A stretch of 64,000 nt of DNA from an uncultured Elusimicrobia bacterium (GCA_963702895.1 OY969767.1:256001-320000), one strand, 5' to 3'; shown: positions 1 through 11,704, counted from the first letter of the stretch. Notes: generated by a model from the sequence alone, not told the origin. Translations and numbers: made by a program.

Positions 1-343
1 CCGTCCGGACCCGGGGCAGATGATCGGCGCTTACGTGGCCATCCTGGGCCTCGCCTCGTTTTTCGCCGCGATCGGGCTCTGGGCCTCCTCCTTTACACGC
101 AACCAGGTGGTCGCCTTCATCGTTGGATTCTTTGTTTGTTTTCTGTTCTTTCTCTTGGGTCGTATCGCGGACTTTCTTCCGGGAATGCTGTCGAGCTTCG
201 TGAGGACGTTGAGCGTGGAGACACACTTCGACGCTTTGGCGCGCGGTGTGCTCGATAGCCGTGACCTGCTCTATTGGGTGAGCGGCACGGCTTTCTTTTT
301 AATCTGGACCCATTCCGTGCTTCAATCGAAAAAATGGCACTGA
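1..343 (+). CDS. ABC transporter permease, GldF-like (5' truncated by window)
   Basis: Hydrophobic TMs with 'SSFTRNQVVAF' and 'HFDALARGVLDSRDLLY', typical of the GldF/ABC-2 permease C-terminus; directly upstream of a GldG-like gene. Confidence 0.8.
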   Translation, partial: RPDPGQMIGAYVAILGLASFFAAIGLWASSFTRNQVVAFIVGFFVCFLFFLLGRIADFLPGMLSSFVRTLSVETHFDALARGVLDSRDLLYWVSGTAFFLIWTHSVLQSKKWH

Positions 344-1950
344 CGCTTCGCGAACGAAAAAAGAAGTTTCTCTTGACCGGCACGACGGGCCTTGGGCTCT
401 GCGCGCTCATCGTGGTCCTGGTCAATGTCCTGGGCAACTGGTTTTTTGTCCGTTTGGATCTGACCACGCAGAAGGCTTATTCACTTTCGGCGTCCAGCCG
501 GAAGCTCGTGCGCGATCTTTCCGACCCCCTGGTCATCAAGGCCTATTTCACGCCGGACCTGCCGCCGCCTTACAATATCTACGAACGCTACACGCGAGAT
601 CTCTTGGCTGAGTACAAGTCGGCTTCCCGCGGCAGGGTCCGCTATGAGTTTGCCCTTCAAAGCCCTCCGGGAGAGTTTGAGAAGGGAGCCGGTGAGGCAG
701 GGCTTTTGCCCATTCAGTTTAATCAATTAGGGTCGGATCAAGTCCAGATACGCCGGGGCTATATGGGCCTGGTGCTTTACCACCGGGACAAAATCGAGAC
801 CCTGGCCATCGTGAAAAACATTCAGCAGCTGGAGTATGACCTCACGAGCCGCATCGCCAAGATGGCGGCCCGGACGAAAAAAACAATCGCGGTCATTTCC
901 GGACACGGAGAAACCCAGTGGCAGGGACACTCCTCCAAGCTCGCGATGGATCTCGCCGACTTTTATGACCTCAAGGACACACCGCTTTCGCCTTCAACCA
1001 CGATGGCTGTTCAGGCGGATGCCTTGCTTGTCGTGGGACCGAAAGAAAAGTTTGACGAGAAATCGATCTGGGCCATCGATCAGGCCATCATGCGCGGTAT
1101 GCCTGCCGCTTTCCTGATCGATATCAAGAACTTTATGCCGGGGAGGTTCTTGGTGACGGCGCAGGACGCGGGCCTGGGGGACCTCTTGAAGCACTACGGG
1201 GTCCTCTTGGGCGATCGGCTCCTCTACGACTTCCAGTGCGAGTCGATCGGCGTCACACAAAACTTGGGGGGGCTTTCCTTCACCACGAGCCTTCCGTACC
1301 CTTACATTCCCCTGGTGAATCGGATTATGAACACCCACCCTATCGGGCGGGGGCTCGAAGCCGTTAGTCTTCCGTTTACGACCAGCATTGATCCTGTGCA
1401 AGGACTACCACCGGGTGTTCGCTTCACGCCTCTTCTTTACACCTCGGCGAAGAGCTTTTTCGCTAAAGCCCAGCCTTCGGCGAGTGTTGCTCCGAATGAC
1501 ATTCCGCGCCCGCAAGCAGACGAGCCCCATGGCCCCTATTCTGTTGGCGCGGTGGTCGAAGGGACGTTCACGAGCTTCTTCCAGGGCAAGCCCTTGCCTG
1601 TCCCCTCCCACGCTCTCATTGGCACAAGCCCCAAAACGCAGATTGTCGTTTTAGGCACAGCCCGCGTGCTCGATCCGATCTTTCCGTCCCTCACGGGCGC
1701 GGAGGGTCTCGTCAGCAACGTGCTCTCGTTTCTTTCCAAGGACGATACGCTCGCGGGCATTCGCACGAAGGGGGAAATTATCCGGCCGCTCAAGCCCCTC
1801 ACGAGCGCCCGTCGTCAGGTGGTGAAGTACGGAACGGTCCTTGTGGCCGCGTTGCTTTCCGTCGTGCTTGGCCTCTGGCGCTGGCGCCGGCGCCAGATTT
1901 GGCGCGTGACGATCGCCTCCGTCTATTCTCCAAAGGCTGTTTCTTCCTGA
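334..1950 (+). CDS. GldG-family ABC transporter auxiliary component
   Basis: 'RLDLTTQKAYSLS', 'LEYDLTSRI', 'SGHGE' motifs, N- and C-terminal TMs; ATG at 334 overlaps the end of the upstream gene. Confidence 0.85.
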   Translation: MALTLRERKKKFLLTGTTGLGLCALIVVLVNVLGNWFFVRLDLTTQKAYSLSASSRKLVRDLSDPLVIKAYFTPDLPPPYNIYERYTRDLLAEYKSASRGRVRYEFALQSPPGEFEKGAGEAGLLPIQFNQLGSDQVQIRRGYMGLVLYHRDKIETLAIVKNIQQLEYDLTSRIAKMAARTKKTIAVISGHGETQWQGHSSKLAMDLADFYDLKDTPLSPSTTMAVQADALLVVGPKEKFDEKSIWAIDQAIMRGMPAAFLIDIKNFMPGRFLVTAQDAGLGDLLKHYGVLLGDRLLYDFQCESIGVTQNLGGLSFTTSLPYPYIPLVNRIMNTHPIGRGLEAVSLPFTTSIDPVQGLPPGVRFTPLLYTSAKSFFAKAQPSASVAPNDIPRPQADEPHGPYSVGAVVEGTFTSFFQGKPLPVPSHALIGTSPKTQIVVLGTARVLDPIFPSLTGAEGLVSNVLSFLSKDDTLAGIRTKGEIIRPLKPLTSARRQVVKYGTVLVAALLSVVLGLWRWRRRQIWRVTIASVYSPKAVSS

Positions 1951-1951
1951 G

Positions 1952-2854
1952 ATGGGCGCGTCTTTCCTGAAAAAAGTCGGAACCCTGGCGGCCATGCTCC
2001 TGGCCGCCTGGGTGATTTCGATCTACCGCCAGGTGCCGCACCGCAAAGCCCCTTTCGCCAAAGCCGTCCAGAAGGCGGAGCGCCTGCGCATGGAAAAGGC
2101 CTCCGGCCGGGTGAGCTTCGTCAAACAAAAGGGGGCTTGGTCCGTTGAACTTTCTTCGGGGGTCTACGCGCCGGTTGATGAGATGCCCTGGAAATCCCTC
2201 CTTTCAAGCCTTTCGGCGCTCACACTGGAAGATGAGATCTCTGACCGGGCGGACCGGGCCTCCGAGTTTGAGGTCGATGCGGCCAGCGGCATGCGGCTCG
2301 TCCTCGAAGACGCCCAAGGGAACGTTCTAGCCGACGGTATTTTCGGGAAGCAGGCGTCCGACTACGTGCACCTTTATTACCGGCCTTCGCAAGCGGTGAA
2401 CGTTTACATGGCGCGCGGCCTCTACCGTGGCGAGCTCGGCCAGGTCGATCCTCAGGCGTGGCGCAGCCGCGAGCTTGTGAGTATCCCGGAGCCCCAAATC
2501 AAGCGAGTGCGGATCGAATCCAAAGGTCGTCCAACGGATCTTGTGCGCGTGAGCACAAGTTCCTGGACCTCGAACGGCAAGCCCGTGCAAGCGGAGCTTG
2601 TCTATGGACTTCTCGCGAAGCTCGCTCGCCTGCGCGCGGACAGCTTTGTGGATGTTTCCTTATATCCTGCCATCACCTACGCGTCGCTCACCTATGCGCG
2701 CGTGATGATCGAGGGAGAACAATCCTCCGCGGAAGTACGCATCGGCCCCCTCGACAAAAAGACACCACGCTATCCCTTGTCTTCCGGTCAGGAAAACGGA
2801 ATAGCGTGGCTCTCTCAGGCCACCACGGATTCTATTCTAAAGTTTAATCCCTAA
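1952..2854 (+). CDS. DUF4340-like membrane-anchored protein
   Basis: N-terminal TM, 'WRSRELVSI' motif, usual third gene of GldF/GldG-like operons. Confidence 0.65.
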   Translation: MGASFLKKVGTLAAMLLAAWVISIYRQVPHRKAPFAKAVQKAERLRMEKASGRVSFVKQKGAWSVELSSGVYAPVDEMPWKSLLSSLSALTLEDEISDRADRASEFEVDAASGMRLVLEDAQGNVLADGIFGKQASDYVHLYYRPSQAVNVYMARGLYRGELGQVDPQAWRSRELVSIPEPQIKRVRIESKGRPTDLVRVSTSSWTSNGKPVQAELVYGLLAKLARLRADSFVDVSLYPAITYASLTYARVMIEGEQSSAEVRIGPLDKKTPRYPLSSGQENGIAWLSQATTDSILKFNP

Positions 2855-2860
2855 TCCCTC

Positions 2861-3916
<1,056 letters not shown>

Positions 3917-4010
3917 GATGGTCGTTCTCCTTTAAAAGTTTTGAAATGGAGTCACTATTATATACGAGAACACGCCCGTCCGGTATAATGCCTAAAGGGG
4001 CTCAATTCGT

Positions 4011-4079
4011 CGTCACCCCGGCGGAAGCCGGGGTCTATCATTTTCTGCATGATAGATTCCGGCTTTCGCCGGAATGACG
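4011..4079 (+). repeat. Palindromic REP-like element, family A copy 1
   Basis: cgtcaccccggcggaagccggggtc...gattccggctttcgccggaatgacg; two hairpins within CGTCA/TGACG ends; four more copies in window. Confidence 0.85.
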
Positions 4080-4097
4080 TTTGGGTTTGTTCCTGAA

Positions 4098-5051
4098 ATG
4101 GACATGGAAAAAATCGTTTTACTTGATAAAGGGACCTTTCCCGTCGCTCTGCGTAAGCCGGCGTTCCCGCACGAATGGGTGGAGTACGATGGCACGGCAC
4201 CGGAAGAAGTCGTGGATCGACTCGAGCGCGCGACCATCGCCATCACCAACAAGGTGAAACTGCGTGAGGCAGAGCTCGCGAAGCTTCCCTCCCTTAAATT
4301 TATTGTCGTGGCCGCGACGGGATATGATGGTGTAGAACTGGCCGCCTGTCGCGCACGCCAGATCGCGGTCGCCAACGTCCCAGGCTACACAGGCGACTCT
4401 GTGCCGGAGCACGTGTTCATGATGATGCTGGCCCTCCGGCGCCATCTCCTCGACTATGCCAGCCTCATCCAGCAGGGAGCCTGGCAGCGCGCGCCGCACT
4501 TTGTCATGCAGGACTATCCCACTGAGAACCTTTCGGGAACGACCCTTGGGTTGATAGGATATGGCAGGCTGGCCCAAGCGGTGGAAAAGCGCGCTCTCGC
4601 TTTTGGGATGAACGTGATCTTGAGTGAACGTAAAGGCGCCGCGACCGTCCGTCCGGGACGTATGCCCTTTGACCAGGTCCTCCGAGAATCCGATGTGATC
4701 AGCCTGCATTGCCCGATGACACCTGGAACGAAGGGACTTCTCGGTCCCCGAGAACTTGCTCTTATGAAAAAGAAAGCTCTCCTTATTAATACGGCACGCG
4801 GCGGCCTTGTGGAGGAGGAGGCACTGGCTGAGGCGCTCAGGGCGGGCCGTCTCGCTGGCGCGGGGATCGACGTTCTCTCGGAGGAGCCCCCGCGCCATGG
4901 CAATCCTTTGCTTGATGCTCGCCTGCCTAATCTCATCGTGACGCCGCACATTGCCTGGAGCAGCCGGCAAGCCCTTGGAGTCTTGGCGGACGAAATCACT
5001 CAAAACATAGAGAGCTTTGTCCTGGGAAAGCCCAGAAACCTTGTGACATGA
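4098..5051 (+). CDS. D-2-hydroxyacid dehydrogenase (glycerate dehydrogenase/HprA-like)
   Basis: 'GLIGYGRLA', 'LINTARGGLV', 'TPHIAW' motifs; the ORF-track extension to 4074 lies in the repeat. Confidence 0.9.
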   Translation: MDMEKIVLLDKGTFPVALRKPAFPHEWVEYDGTAPEEVVDRLERATIAITNKVKLREAELAKLPSLKFIVVAATGYDGVELAACRARQIAVANVPGYTGDSVPEHVFMMMLALRRHLLDYASLIQQGAWQRAPHFVMQDYPTENLSGTTLGLIGYGRLAQAVEKRALAFGMNVILSERKGAATVRPGRMPFDQVLRESDVISLHCPMTPGTKGLLGPRELALMKKKALLINTARGGLVEEEALAEALRAGRLAGAGIDVLSEEPPRHGNPLLDARLPNLIVTPHIAWSSRQALGVLADEITQNIESFVLGKPRNLVT

Positions 5052-5644
5052 TGGAACCGTCGCTCCATACAGGTGTCCAAGTCATTGATGAGATGTCTGG
5101 CACGCCGAAAGCTCACTTCGCGAGTCTCATGTGGGCGCATGGCCCCATGATCTATACCTTGGCGGTGAGGCTCACCGGCAACACGGCGGACGGCCAGGAT
5201 TTAGCCCAAGAGACCTTCGTGAAGGCGTACAAGCATCAGGCTGATTTTCGAGGAGAAAGTTCGCCTGGGACTTGGTTCTACCGCATCTGCGTGAACCTCT
5301 GGAAAAACAGGGTGCGCTACGAGAAGAGCCGGTCCTTCTCGTCTCATGTTCCCATCGACGCGGGGCCGGATGATGAACATCCTGGCACCGAAGTCGCCTC
5401 GCCGGAGGCCCCGATGGGATCGGAATTGGAGGGTTTGGACGAGCAGCAGGCTGTCCAGAAGGCACTCTCCTTGCTTTCGAATGAAGAGCGGGCGCTGGTC
5501 GTGATGCGCGATATGGACGACAAGTCTTATGAAGAAATCAGCGACCTTCTCGGGGTGCCGCTGGGTACGGTAAAATCAAGACTCGCACGCACCCGGGAAA
5601 AACTGCGCGGCATTCTTGGGCCACTGATCAAGAGGAATACATGA
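5048..5644 (+). CDS. ECF RNA polymerase sigma factor
   Basis: Region 2 'DLAQETFVKAY...TWFYRICVN', region 4 'SYEEISDLLGVPLGTVKSRLAR'. Confidence 0.92.
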   Translation: MMEPSLHTGVQVIDEMSGTPKAHFASLMWAHGPMIYTLAVRLTGNTADGQDLAQETFVKAYKHQADFRGESSPGTWFYRICVNLWKNRVRYEKSRSFSSHVPIDAGPDDEHPGTEVASPEAPMGSELEGLDEQQAVQKALSLLSNEERALVVMRDMDDKSYEEISDLLGVPLGTVKSRLARTREKLRGILGPLIKRNT

Positions 5645-6834
5645 GCACGGACTCCGAACATATCGAAGACCGATTGTCCGATTATCTGGATGGAGCGCTT
5701 CCGCCTCAAGAGCACCTGGCGGCCGCTCAGCACATCAAGATTTGCCAAGCTTGCGAGGCGCACTTTCAGGAACTCATGCGCATGCGCAAGATGCTGCACG
5801 AAAGTCCGCGTCTAGAACCGCCTGAAAGTTTTTACGCGGGTGTCTTGAGCAGGATGAAACCGAGAAACCCGATCTTGTCTTGGTTTTCCACCGGTTTTCC
5901 TTTGAAGACACTGGCCTCCGCGTGTCTGGTGATGCTCGTGGTGTGGGTCACTTACGAACAGAGGGATCGCACCAAGCAGATTCATCTGAAATCGGAGCCC
6001 GCTCTTGGAACGCCAACGCCTTCCCCTGCGCCGGCGACCGTTCCAACTCCAGCGCTCAAGTCGATGGAAGTTCAAAGTGACGTTGCGCTGGGGGAACAAT
6101 CATCGGCAAGCAAACAAGATATCCCACCGCCGCCCGTTCCTATCGAAGCCGATGGATCGGGCTTGGCTTTACAAGCCCCCGCAAGAGAGGATGAACAAAA
6201 AGCTCTCACCCAGTTCGAAGCGCCTCTTCCAACGGAGCGAGCGGCTGCGGGGTTGTCCCGTCCCGCCGATCGCGCGAGTGTGCCGAAAGCAACCAGCGCA
6301 AAGTCCGTGAGCGGAGCCAAGGCCAAAAAGAGCACCCTAACGAAAGCGCCAACATCCTCAGCTTTCACTTCGCGAGCCAGCCGGACTTCTGCCCCTACGG
6401 ATATGCTGGGCAAGCCCAAGAGGGAGGGCGCTAAAACGACGCTTGTGCAGTTTCCCACTTCTCAAGAGAAGATCCGGCCGAAGGCTCTGGTGGAATGGAG
6501 GGGAGCGAGTTCCAATATCCGGAAATTCCGGACCTATGTCGTTGAGACGCCTGGCAAGATGAAGGAGCTTTGGAATAAGCATGCGCCAGGGCTTCCAGTC
6601 CCCAAAGTGGATTTCGAGCTCTATCAGGTGGTGGGAATCACTTCCGGCAAAACCCATGCCGTGGGTTTTGGATTTGAGATTATGGGGACGCGCGATACGC
6701 CGGAAACCACGATTGTCTACTACCGTGCGGCCAAGGATTTCTTCAAGTCGAAGACAGACTCTGCCAACTATAGGCCATACCACTTCAAAGTCATTCCGAA
6801 AACCAACCTTCCCGTTAAATTCCAGAAGATATAA
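5641..6834 (+). CDS. Zinc-finger (zf-HC2) anti-sigma factor with Pro/Ala-rich linker and PrcB-C-like C-terminal domain
   Basis: 'LSDYLDG...HIKICQAC', one TM, C-terminal 'PKVDFELYQVVG...PYHFKVIPK'; coupled to the sigma gene (ATGA overlap). Confidence 0.75.
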   Translation: MSTDSEHIEDRLSDYLDGALPPQEHLAAAQHIKICQACEAHFQELMRMRKMLHESPRLEPPESFYAGVLSRMKPRNPILSWFSTGFPLKTLASACLVMLVVWVTYEQRDRTKQIHLKSEPALGTPTPSPAPATVPTPALKSMEVQSDVALGEQSSASKQDIPPPPVPIEADGSGLALQAPAREDEQKALTQFEAPLPTERAAAGLSRPADRASVPKATSAKSVSGAKAKKSTLTKAPTSSAFTSRASRTSAPTDMLGKPKREGAKTTLVQFPTSQEKIRPKALVEWRGASSNIRKFRTYVVETPGKMKELWNKHAPGLPVPKVDFELYQVVGITSGKTHAVGFGFEIMGTRDTPETTIVYYRAAKDFFKSKTDSANYRPYHFKVIPKTNLPVKFQKI

Positions 6835-6919
6835 CGCGTCGTTTCGCATTTTTGGAACCTTTTCATAGAACCGGTGTCCAACGAGCAGAAGCTTAAATTC
6901 TCTTTGCCCGGAGGTCACT

Positions 6920-8077
6920 ATGGATCACTTAAAAAGCATTTGGAGTCTGGTTCTCGCCATGGCCCTTGCCGTTCCGCTTGAAGCCAGAAGCTGTTTGGCC
7001 CCCTGCTGCCCCCCTTCGACACCGCTCGTTCAGGTGGCCCTCCTTTTGGACACGTCCAATAGCATGGACGGGCTCATCGAACAGGCCAAAAGCCAGCTCT
7101 GGCGTATCGCCAACGACTTGGCCTACTCGACCCGCTGCGGCGAGCGTCCGAGGCTTGAAATTGCCCTCTATGAATACGGGAACAATGGCCTGAGCGCGGG
7201 GGAAAACTTTATCCGTCAAGTCTTACCCTTTACAACGGATATGGATCTTATCTCGGAAAAGCTCTTTGGACTCCGGACCCATGGTGGATATGAATATTGT
7301 GGCGCGGTCATCAAAGATGCGGTGCAAAACCTGCGCTGGAGCAGGCGCGATGACGTCTACAAAACGCTTTTCATTGCCGGCAATGAGCCGTTTACTCAGG
7401 GAGCTGTCTACTTCCGTGACGCGGTGGCCCAGGCCGTGCGCAAAGACATTCGTGTGAATGCCATTTTCTGTGGCGCTTACGCCGAGGGTGTTCAAACCCA
7501 GTGGCAGGAGGGCGCGATGGCAGGTCGCGGGGCCTATCTCACGATCGATCATCACCGCGCTGTGGTCATCGATCCTACGCCCTATGATGACGAGATTTCC
7601 CGTCTTGGGTATCAGTTGAATCAAACCTATGTGGCATACGGGTCCAGGGGTCGCGCGGCTCTGGCTGATGGGGCTGTCGCTGATCGGCGTGCGGCACGCC
7701 TTCCCGCCGCTTCCGGCGCGGTCATGGAACGGGCGGCTCTTAAAGCATCGCCGATGTATTCAGGCGCCGAGTGGGACGTTGTGAGTGCGGTTGCCAGAGG
7801 GCAACAGAAGGTGTCGGAATTAAAGAAGGAGGACCTCCCTGCCGAGCTTAAGGAGAAAACAAACGCGGATCTGGAAGCTTACCTCCAAAATCAACACCAA
7901 ACCCGCGCGTCCTTACAAGCGCGCTTGGGAGAACTCAGGAAACAGCGCGACGAGTTCTTGGTGAAAAAGCAATCGGCCAAGGGCCCGAGTTCTTCAATGT
8001 CCCTGGACCAAGCCATGCGCAAGGCGATCCGCGAGCAAGCGGGCCGCTTGGAGTTCAAATTCGAGGGCGGAAAGTAG
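6920..8077 (+). CDS. Secreted von Willebrand factor A domain protein
   Basis: Signal peptide, MIDAS motif 'LLDTSNSMDG'. Confidence 0.85.
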   Translation: MDHLKSIWSLVLAMALAVPLEARSCLAPCCPPSTPLVQVALLLDTSNSMDGLIEQAKSQLWRIANDLAYSTRCGERPRLEIALYEYGNNGLSAGENFIRQVLPFTTDMDLISEKLFGLRTHGGYEYCGAVIKDAVQNLRWSRRDDVYKTLFIAGNEPFTQGAVYFRDAVAQAVRKDIRVNAIFCGAYAEGVQTQWQEGAMAGRGAYLTIDHHRAVVIDPTPYDDEISRLGYQLNQTYVAYGSRGRAALADGAVADRRAARLPAASGAVMERAALKASPMYSGAEWDVVSAVARGQQKVSELKKEDLPAELKEKTNADLEAYLQNQHQTRASLQARLGELRKQRDEFLVKKQSAKGPSSSMSLDQAMRKAIREQAGRLEFKFEGGK

Positions 8078-8100
8078 CGCAGCACAAGCCACGAAGAATT

Positions 8101-8139
8101 CCCGGACCGGCCGCCAAGAGGTCTGGCGGCCGGTCCGGG
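8101..8139. repeat. 16-bp perfect inverted repeat (hairpin)
   Basis: cccggaccggccgcca-N7-tggcggccggtccggg in the vWA-def intergenic gap; no U-tract. Confidence 0.7.
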
Positions 8140-8160
8140 TATGCTATCCTTATTTTCCCT

Positions 8161-8682
8161 ATGATCTTACGCATCACGCAGCTGGGCGAGCCCGTTCTGC
8201 GTAAAAGAGCTCGGGTCCTTCGCAAGTTCTCCAAGCCAGCATGCGCTGCGTTGGTCAAAAGCATGGTCCAAACGATGCGCAAGGCCAAAGGGGTGGGGAT
8301 CGCCGCCCCTCAGGTGGGCAAGTCCCTTCGCCTCTTCATCGTTGCGCCTGAGCCTAACGCTCGCTATCCTAAGGCGCCACGCGTTCCACCGGTGGCCATG
8401 ATCAATCCCGTCCTGGTGAGACATTCGAAAAAGCGTTTGACCGATTGGGAGGGCTGTTTATCGATTCCGGGCCTGCGCGCGCGGGTGCCGCGGTATAAGA
8501 CGGTCGAAATTGAATTCACGGCGCTTGATGGGCGGCGGCTTCGGGGGAAGCTGTCGGGATTTGTCGCGCGGATATTTCAGCATGAATTTGACCATATCCA
8601 TGGGAGGGTCTATCTGGATCGTGTCGAAGACACGCGGACTTGCATGACAGAAACGGAATACCGGAAACGCCTGCGTAGATAA
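8161..8682 (+). CDS. def: Peptide deformylase
   Basis: GVGIAAPQVG, EGCLS and QHEFDH motifs. Confidence 0.95.
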   Translation: MILRITQLGEPVLRKRARVLRKFSKPACAALVKSMVQTMRKAKGVGIAAPQVGKSLRLFIVAPEPNARYPKAPRVPPVAMINPVLVRHSKKRLTDWEGCLSIPGLRARVPRYKTVEIEFTALDGRRLRGKLSGFVARIFQHEFDHIHGRVYLDRVEDTRTCMTETEYRKRLRR

Positions 8683-8877
8683 AATTCTTACGGCTTCTCA
8701 GAAAGTCGTGCCATCTTTAAAGTATTCCCGGCTCCTTTTGGCCTCTCCTGGGTCGCCTCGCAGAGACCCTGGCGACACCATCCTCCGCCTTGTGTGCCCT
8801 TAAGACCCTCCACAAGGCAACCTAAAATAGGTAGAATTCACCCGATTCCCGAACCTGGCTTTCGGGATTTTTTGCTT

Positions 8878-9861
8878 ATGAATAAACCCATTTCCCTTGC
8901 AATTGTGGCTTTGTCGCTCATGGCAGGGCTTCTCAGGGCGGAAAGTCCCTCCGCGGCCAAGCCCAAGGCCAAGACCGCTCCTCAAACAGTGCCAGCCACG
9001 GCGCCTGCCCAGAAATCAAGCTACAACGTTCGTCCTTCGAGCCAGACGGTCAAACGCCGAGAGGCCGTCCTGGCGATGGCCCAGGAAGCCGACCCAGCCA
9101 AAGCAGGGCCACAGCTCATGCAGGCGCTCTCAGACAAAGACCCTATGGCACGAACGCTTGCGGTTCAAGGTCTTGGGAACCTGAAATACGCCCCAGCCAG
9201 GGGAAAGCTCTCCGTGGTCCTTGCCGCCGATTCGAGTCCTGAAGTCCGGGAAGCTGCGGCGGTTGCTTTGCGGCAGATCGGTGACCCACGCGCGCTCGAC
9301 GCCCTCGCCAAAGCCATTTCCGACCCTTCTGCGAATGTCCGGATCACGGCACTCACCGGGGTGGGGTTTTACCGGGACCCCCGTGCGCGGCCCCAGGTCG
9401 AAGCCGCTTGTCAGGACCCTCTGCCCGAAGTGCGTCGGACCGCCGTCCATGTCCTCGGACGCCTGGAGGATCCACAGTCTGTTCCTGTTGTGGAAGCTCT
9501 GGTCAAGGACAACGATCCGAGCGTGCGGGCCGTGGCCGCGCAGACTTTGGGGGAATTGCACGCGACCGGTTCCAAGGCGGCGCTTCGGGACCTCTTAAAG
9601 GATGCCGACAAGGCGGTCCAAGTCTCAGCGGCCCGCTCCTTGCTTAAGCTGGGAGATAGCGAAGGTTTTGAGACAGCAAAATCCTATGCGCTTGATCCGG
9701 ATATCACGGTTCGGCTGCTGGCCATTGATGCCTTAGGGTGGAGCAAGGACCGGGAAGCAGGGCGTCTCTTAGAATCACTTTTAGCGGAGGTGCCGGCGAA
9801 TAGCCGCATGGCGGTCCAGGAGGCCCTGGCGCGGCACGAGCAATTGCGGAAGCAGAAATGA
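8878..9861 (+). CDS. Exported HEAT-repeat protein
   Basis: Signal peptide from ATG 8878; repeated 'D....VR..AA.ALG' units. Confidence 0.85.
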   Translation: MNKPISLAIVALSLMAGLLRAESPSAAKPKAKTAPQTVPATAPAQKSSYNVRPSSQTVKRREAVLAMAQEADPAKAGPQLMQALSDKDPMARTLAVQGLGNLKYAPARGKLSVVLAADSSPEVREAAAVALRQIGDPRALDALAKAISDPSANVRITALTGVGFYRDPRARPQVEAACQDPLPEVRRTAVHVLGRLEDPQSVPVVEALVKDNDPSVRAVAAQTLGELHATGSKAALRDLLKDADKAVQVSAARSLLKLGDSEGFETAKSYALDPDITVRLLAIDALGWSKDREAGRLLESLLAEVPANSRMAVQEALARHEQLRKQK

Positions 9862-10637
9862 AAACCAAACACGTCCAACATCTCTTTCTCCTGGTTCTCT
9901 TCTTCTTGGTGGCCCGCGTTCCTCTTTTGGGAGAAGATGCCTCCGTCAAAGAAGATGGCAACGCGTCCTCCAGCTCCAAAGCGTTCGAGGATGCCAGTCC
10001 TATGCTTGAAGTCGTGGACATCCCAACGGCGGACATCCTGGACCCGAAAACATTTTCCACGTCCTTCCGGTTTTATTCCGAAGGTGGCGTCGTCTCTCGC
10101 CTGCTCCTGGGCCCTTTTCGGCGGCTCAATCTTGGCTTTTCCCTCGATGCGCAAAACCTCATCGGCGGCGAGGATCCTAATGTCATCCGGCCCTCCGTCT
10201 TCATTAAGTTGCGCTTCTTTGATGGAACGGACATCCTCCCGGCTTTGGCTTTGGGGTATGACAATCAGGGCTATATGTATCAGGAATCGACCAAAGAATT
10301 TTTGCAAGACGCCAAGGGGCTTTATCTGGCCGGAACTCATGAAATCTTTCTCCCTGATTTTGTGCTGCATGCCGGCATCAACTTTCCTGACCTGGGTGAT
10401 AGCGGGGCGCCCTTTGGTTTTTTTGGCGTTTCCTGGAAGATTGTCCCGACCTTCGCGCTCTTGGCGGAATACGACAATATTCAGGATGCCCCCGACAACC
10501 GGGTCAATCTTGGAGGTCGTTTCTGGGTGACGCCCTTTTTTAACGTGGATTTTGCGGCGCGCAATGTGGGTCGGGACTATGACCGCGGCGCCGAACGCAT
10601 CGTTCTCATCAATTACGTGGCCCGCTTCCCTTTTTGA
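9858..10637 (+). CDS. Putative outer-membrane beta-barrel (YjbH-like)
   Basis: Signal peptide, 'VDIPTADIL', amphipathic strands, C-terminal Phe. Confidence 0.55.
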   Translation: MKTKHVQHLFLLVLFFLVARVPLLGEDASVKEDGNASSSSKAFEDASPMLEVVDIPTADILDPKTFSTSFRFYSEGGVVSRLLLGPFRRLNLGFSLDAQNLIGGEDPNVIRPSVFIKLRFFDGTDILPALALGYDNQGYMYQESTKEFLQDAKGLYLAGTHEIFLPDFVLHAGINFPDLGDSGAPFGFFGVSWKIVPTFALLAEYDNIQDAPDNRVNLGGRFWVTPFFNVDFAARNVGRDYDRGAERIVLINYVARFPF

Positions 10638-10660
10638 TCGCCTGAGAGAATCGAGAGTCT

Positions 10661-11680
10661 ATGGCAGAACCCTTCATCGCGCTGGAATTTGAGAAACCGA
10701 TCGCGGAGCTCGAGACCAAAATCGAGGAACTCCGCTCTTGCGCCGCCACCGAGCACATGGACTTTTCCGAAGAGATTCGAACCTTGGAGGAAAAGTGTAA
10801 CGATCTCAAGCGCCAGATTTACGGAAACTTGACCCCCTGGCAGCGGGTTCAAATCGCCCGGCACCCGCAGCGCCCTTATACGCTCGACTATATTGCGGTT
10901 CTTTGCACGGAGTTCATGGAGCTCCACGGCGACCGCACCTTTTCGGATGACGCCTCCATTGTGGGGGGGCTTGCCCTTTTTGAGGGACAGCCGGTCGTGG
11001 TGATTGGGCAGCAGAAAGGACGCACGGTCCAAGAGTCCATGCGCCGCAACTTTGGGATGCCGCACCCGGAAGGTTACCGAAAGGCGCTGAGGCTCATGAA
11101 ACTCGCGGAGAAGTTTAAGCGGCCCCTCCTTTGCTTTATTGATACCCCCGGCGCCTATCCCGGCATCGGCGCAGAGGAGCGCGGCCAGGCGCGCGCGATC
11201 GCGCTCAACCTCATGGAGATGGCGGCCCTGAAGACCCCCGTCCTTTGCACCGTGATTGGAGAGGGGGGGTCCGGCGGGGCTCTTGCGATCGGTATTGGAG
11301 ACCGGCTCCTGATGTGTGAGAATGCCTGGTATTCCGTAATCTCTCCTGAAGGGTGCGCGGCGATTCTGTTTCGTGACGCTGGGCGGGCCGCGGAAGCCGC
11401 CAGTGCCCTTAAGCTGACAGCGCCGGAACTGAAGAACCTGGGTATTGTCGATGTCGTCATCCCTGAAACGCAAGGCGGGGCGCATCGCCTTCCGGGAGCC
11501 ACGATGGAGGCTTTGCGCGCCGCCCTCCTCCAAAATCTCAATCAGTTGCAGAGTCTTTCCCTCGAGCAGCTCTTGGACCAGCGGTATCAGAAGTTTCGGT
11601 CCCTGGGGGCCTGGCGTGAGGCGGAAAGTGAGAAAATTCCGAAGCGCCGCCCTCCCAGAGTCAAATCCGCTCAAATCTAA
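10661..11680 (+). CDS. accA: Acetyl-CoA carboxylase carboxyltransferase alpha subunit
   Basis: 'LEFEKPI', 'ARHPQRP', 'IDTPGAYPG', '[10 protein letters not shown]'. Confidence 0.97.
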   Translation: MAEPFIALEFEKPIAELETKIEELRSCAATEHMDFSEEIRTLEEKCNDLKRQIYGNLTPWQRVQIARHPQRPYTLDYIAVLCTEFMELHGDRTFSDDASIVGGLALFEGQPVVVIGQQKGRTVQESMRRNFGMPHPEGYRKALRLMKLAEKFKRPLLCFIDTPGAYPGIGAEERGQARAIALNLMEMAALKTPVLCTVIGEGGSGGALAIGIGDRLLMCENAWYSVISPEGCAAILFRDAGRAAEAASALKLTAPELKNLGIVDVVIPETQGGAHRLPGATMEALRAALLQNLNQLQSLSLEQLLDQRYQKFRSLGAWREAESEKIPKRRPPRVKSAQI

Positions 11681-11704
11681 CTACAAACAGAGGAGACCTA
11701 ACCG

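Noticed and set aside
1..2854. Gliding-motility machinery
   Set aside because: GldF/G-like ABC genes occur widely outside gliding bacteria; no gldK-N or spr genes in the window
10613..11674. 353-aa antisense ORF over accA (and similar shadow ORFs over other genes, including the giant gene)
   Set aside because: No motifs; typical antisense shadows of GC-rich coding sequence
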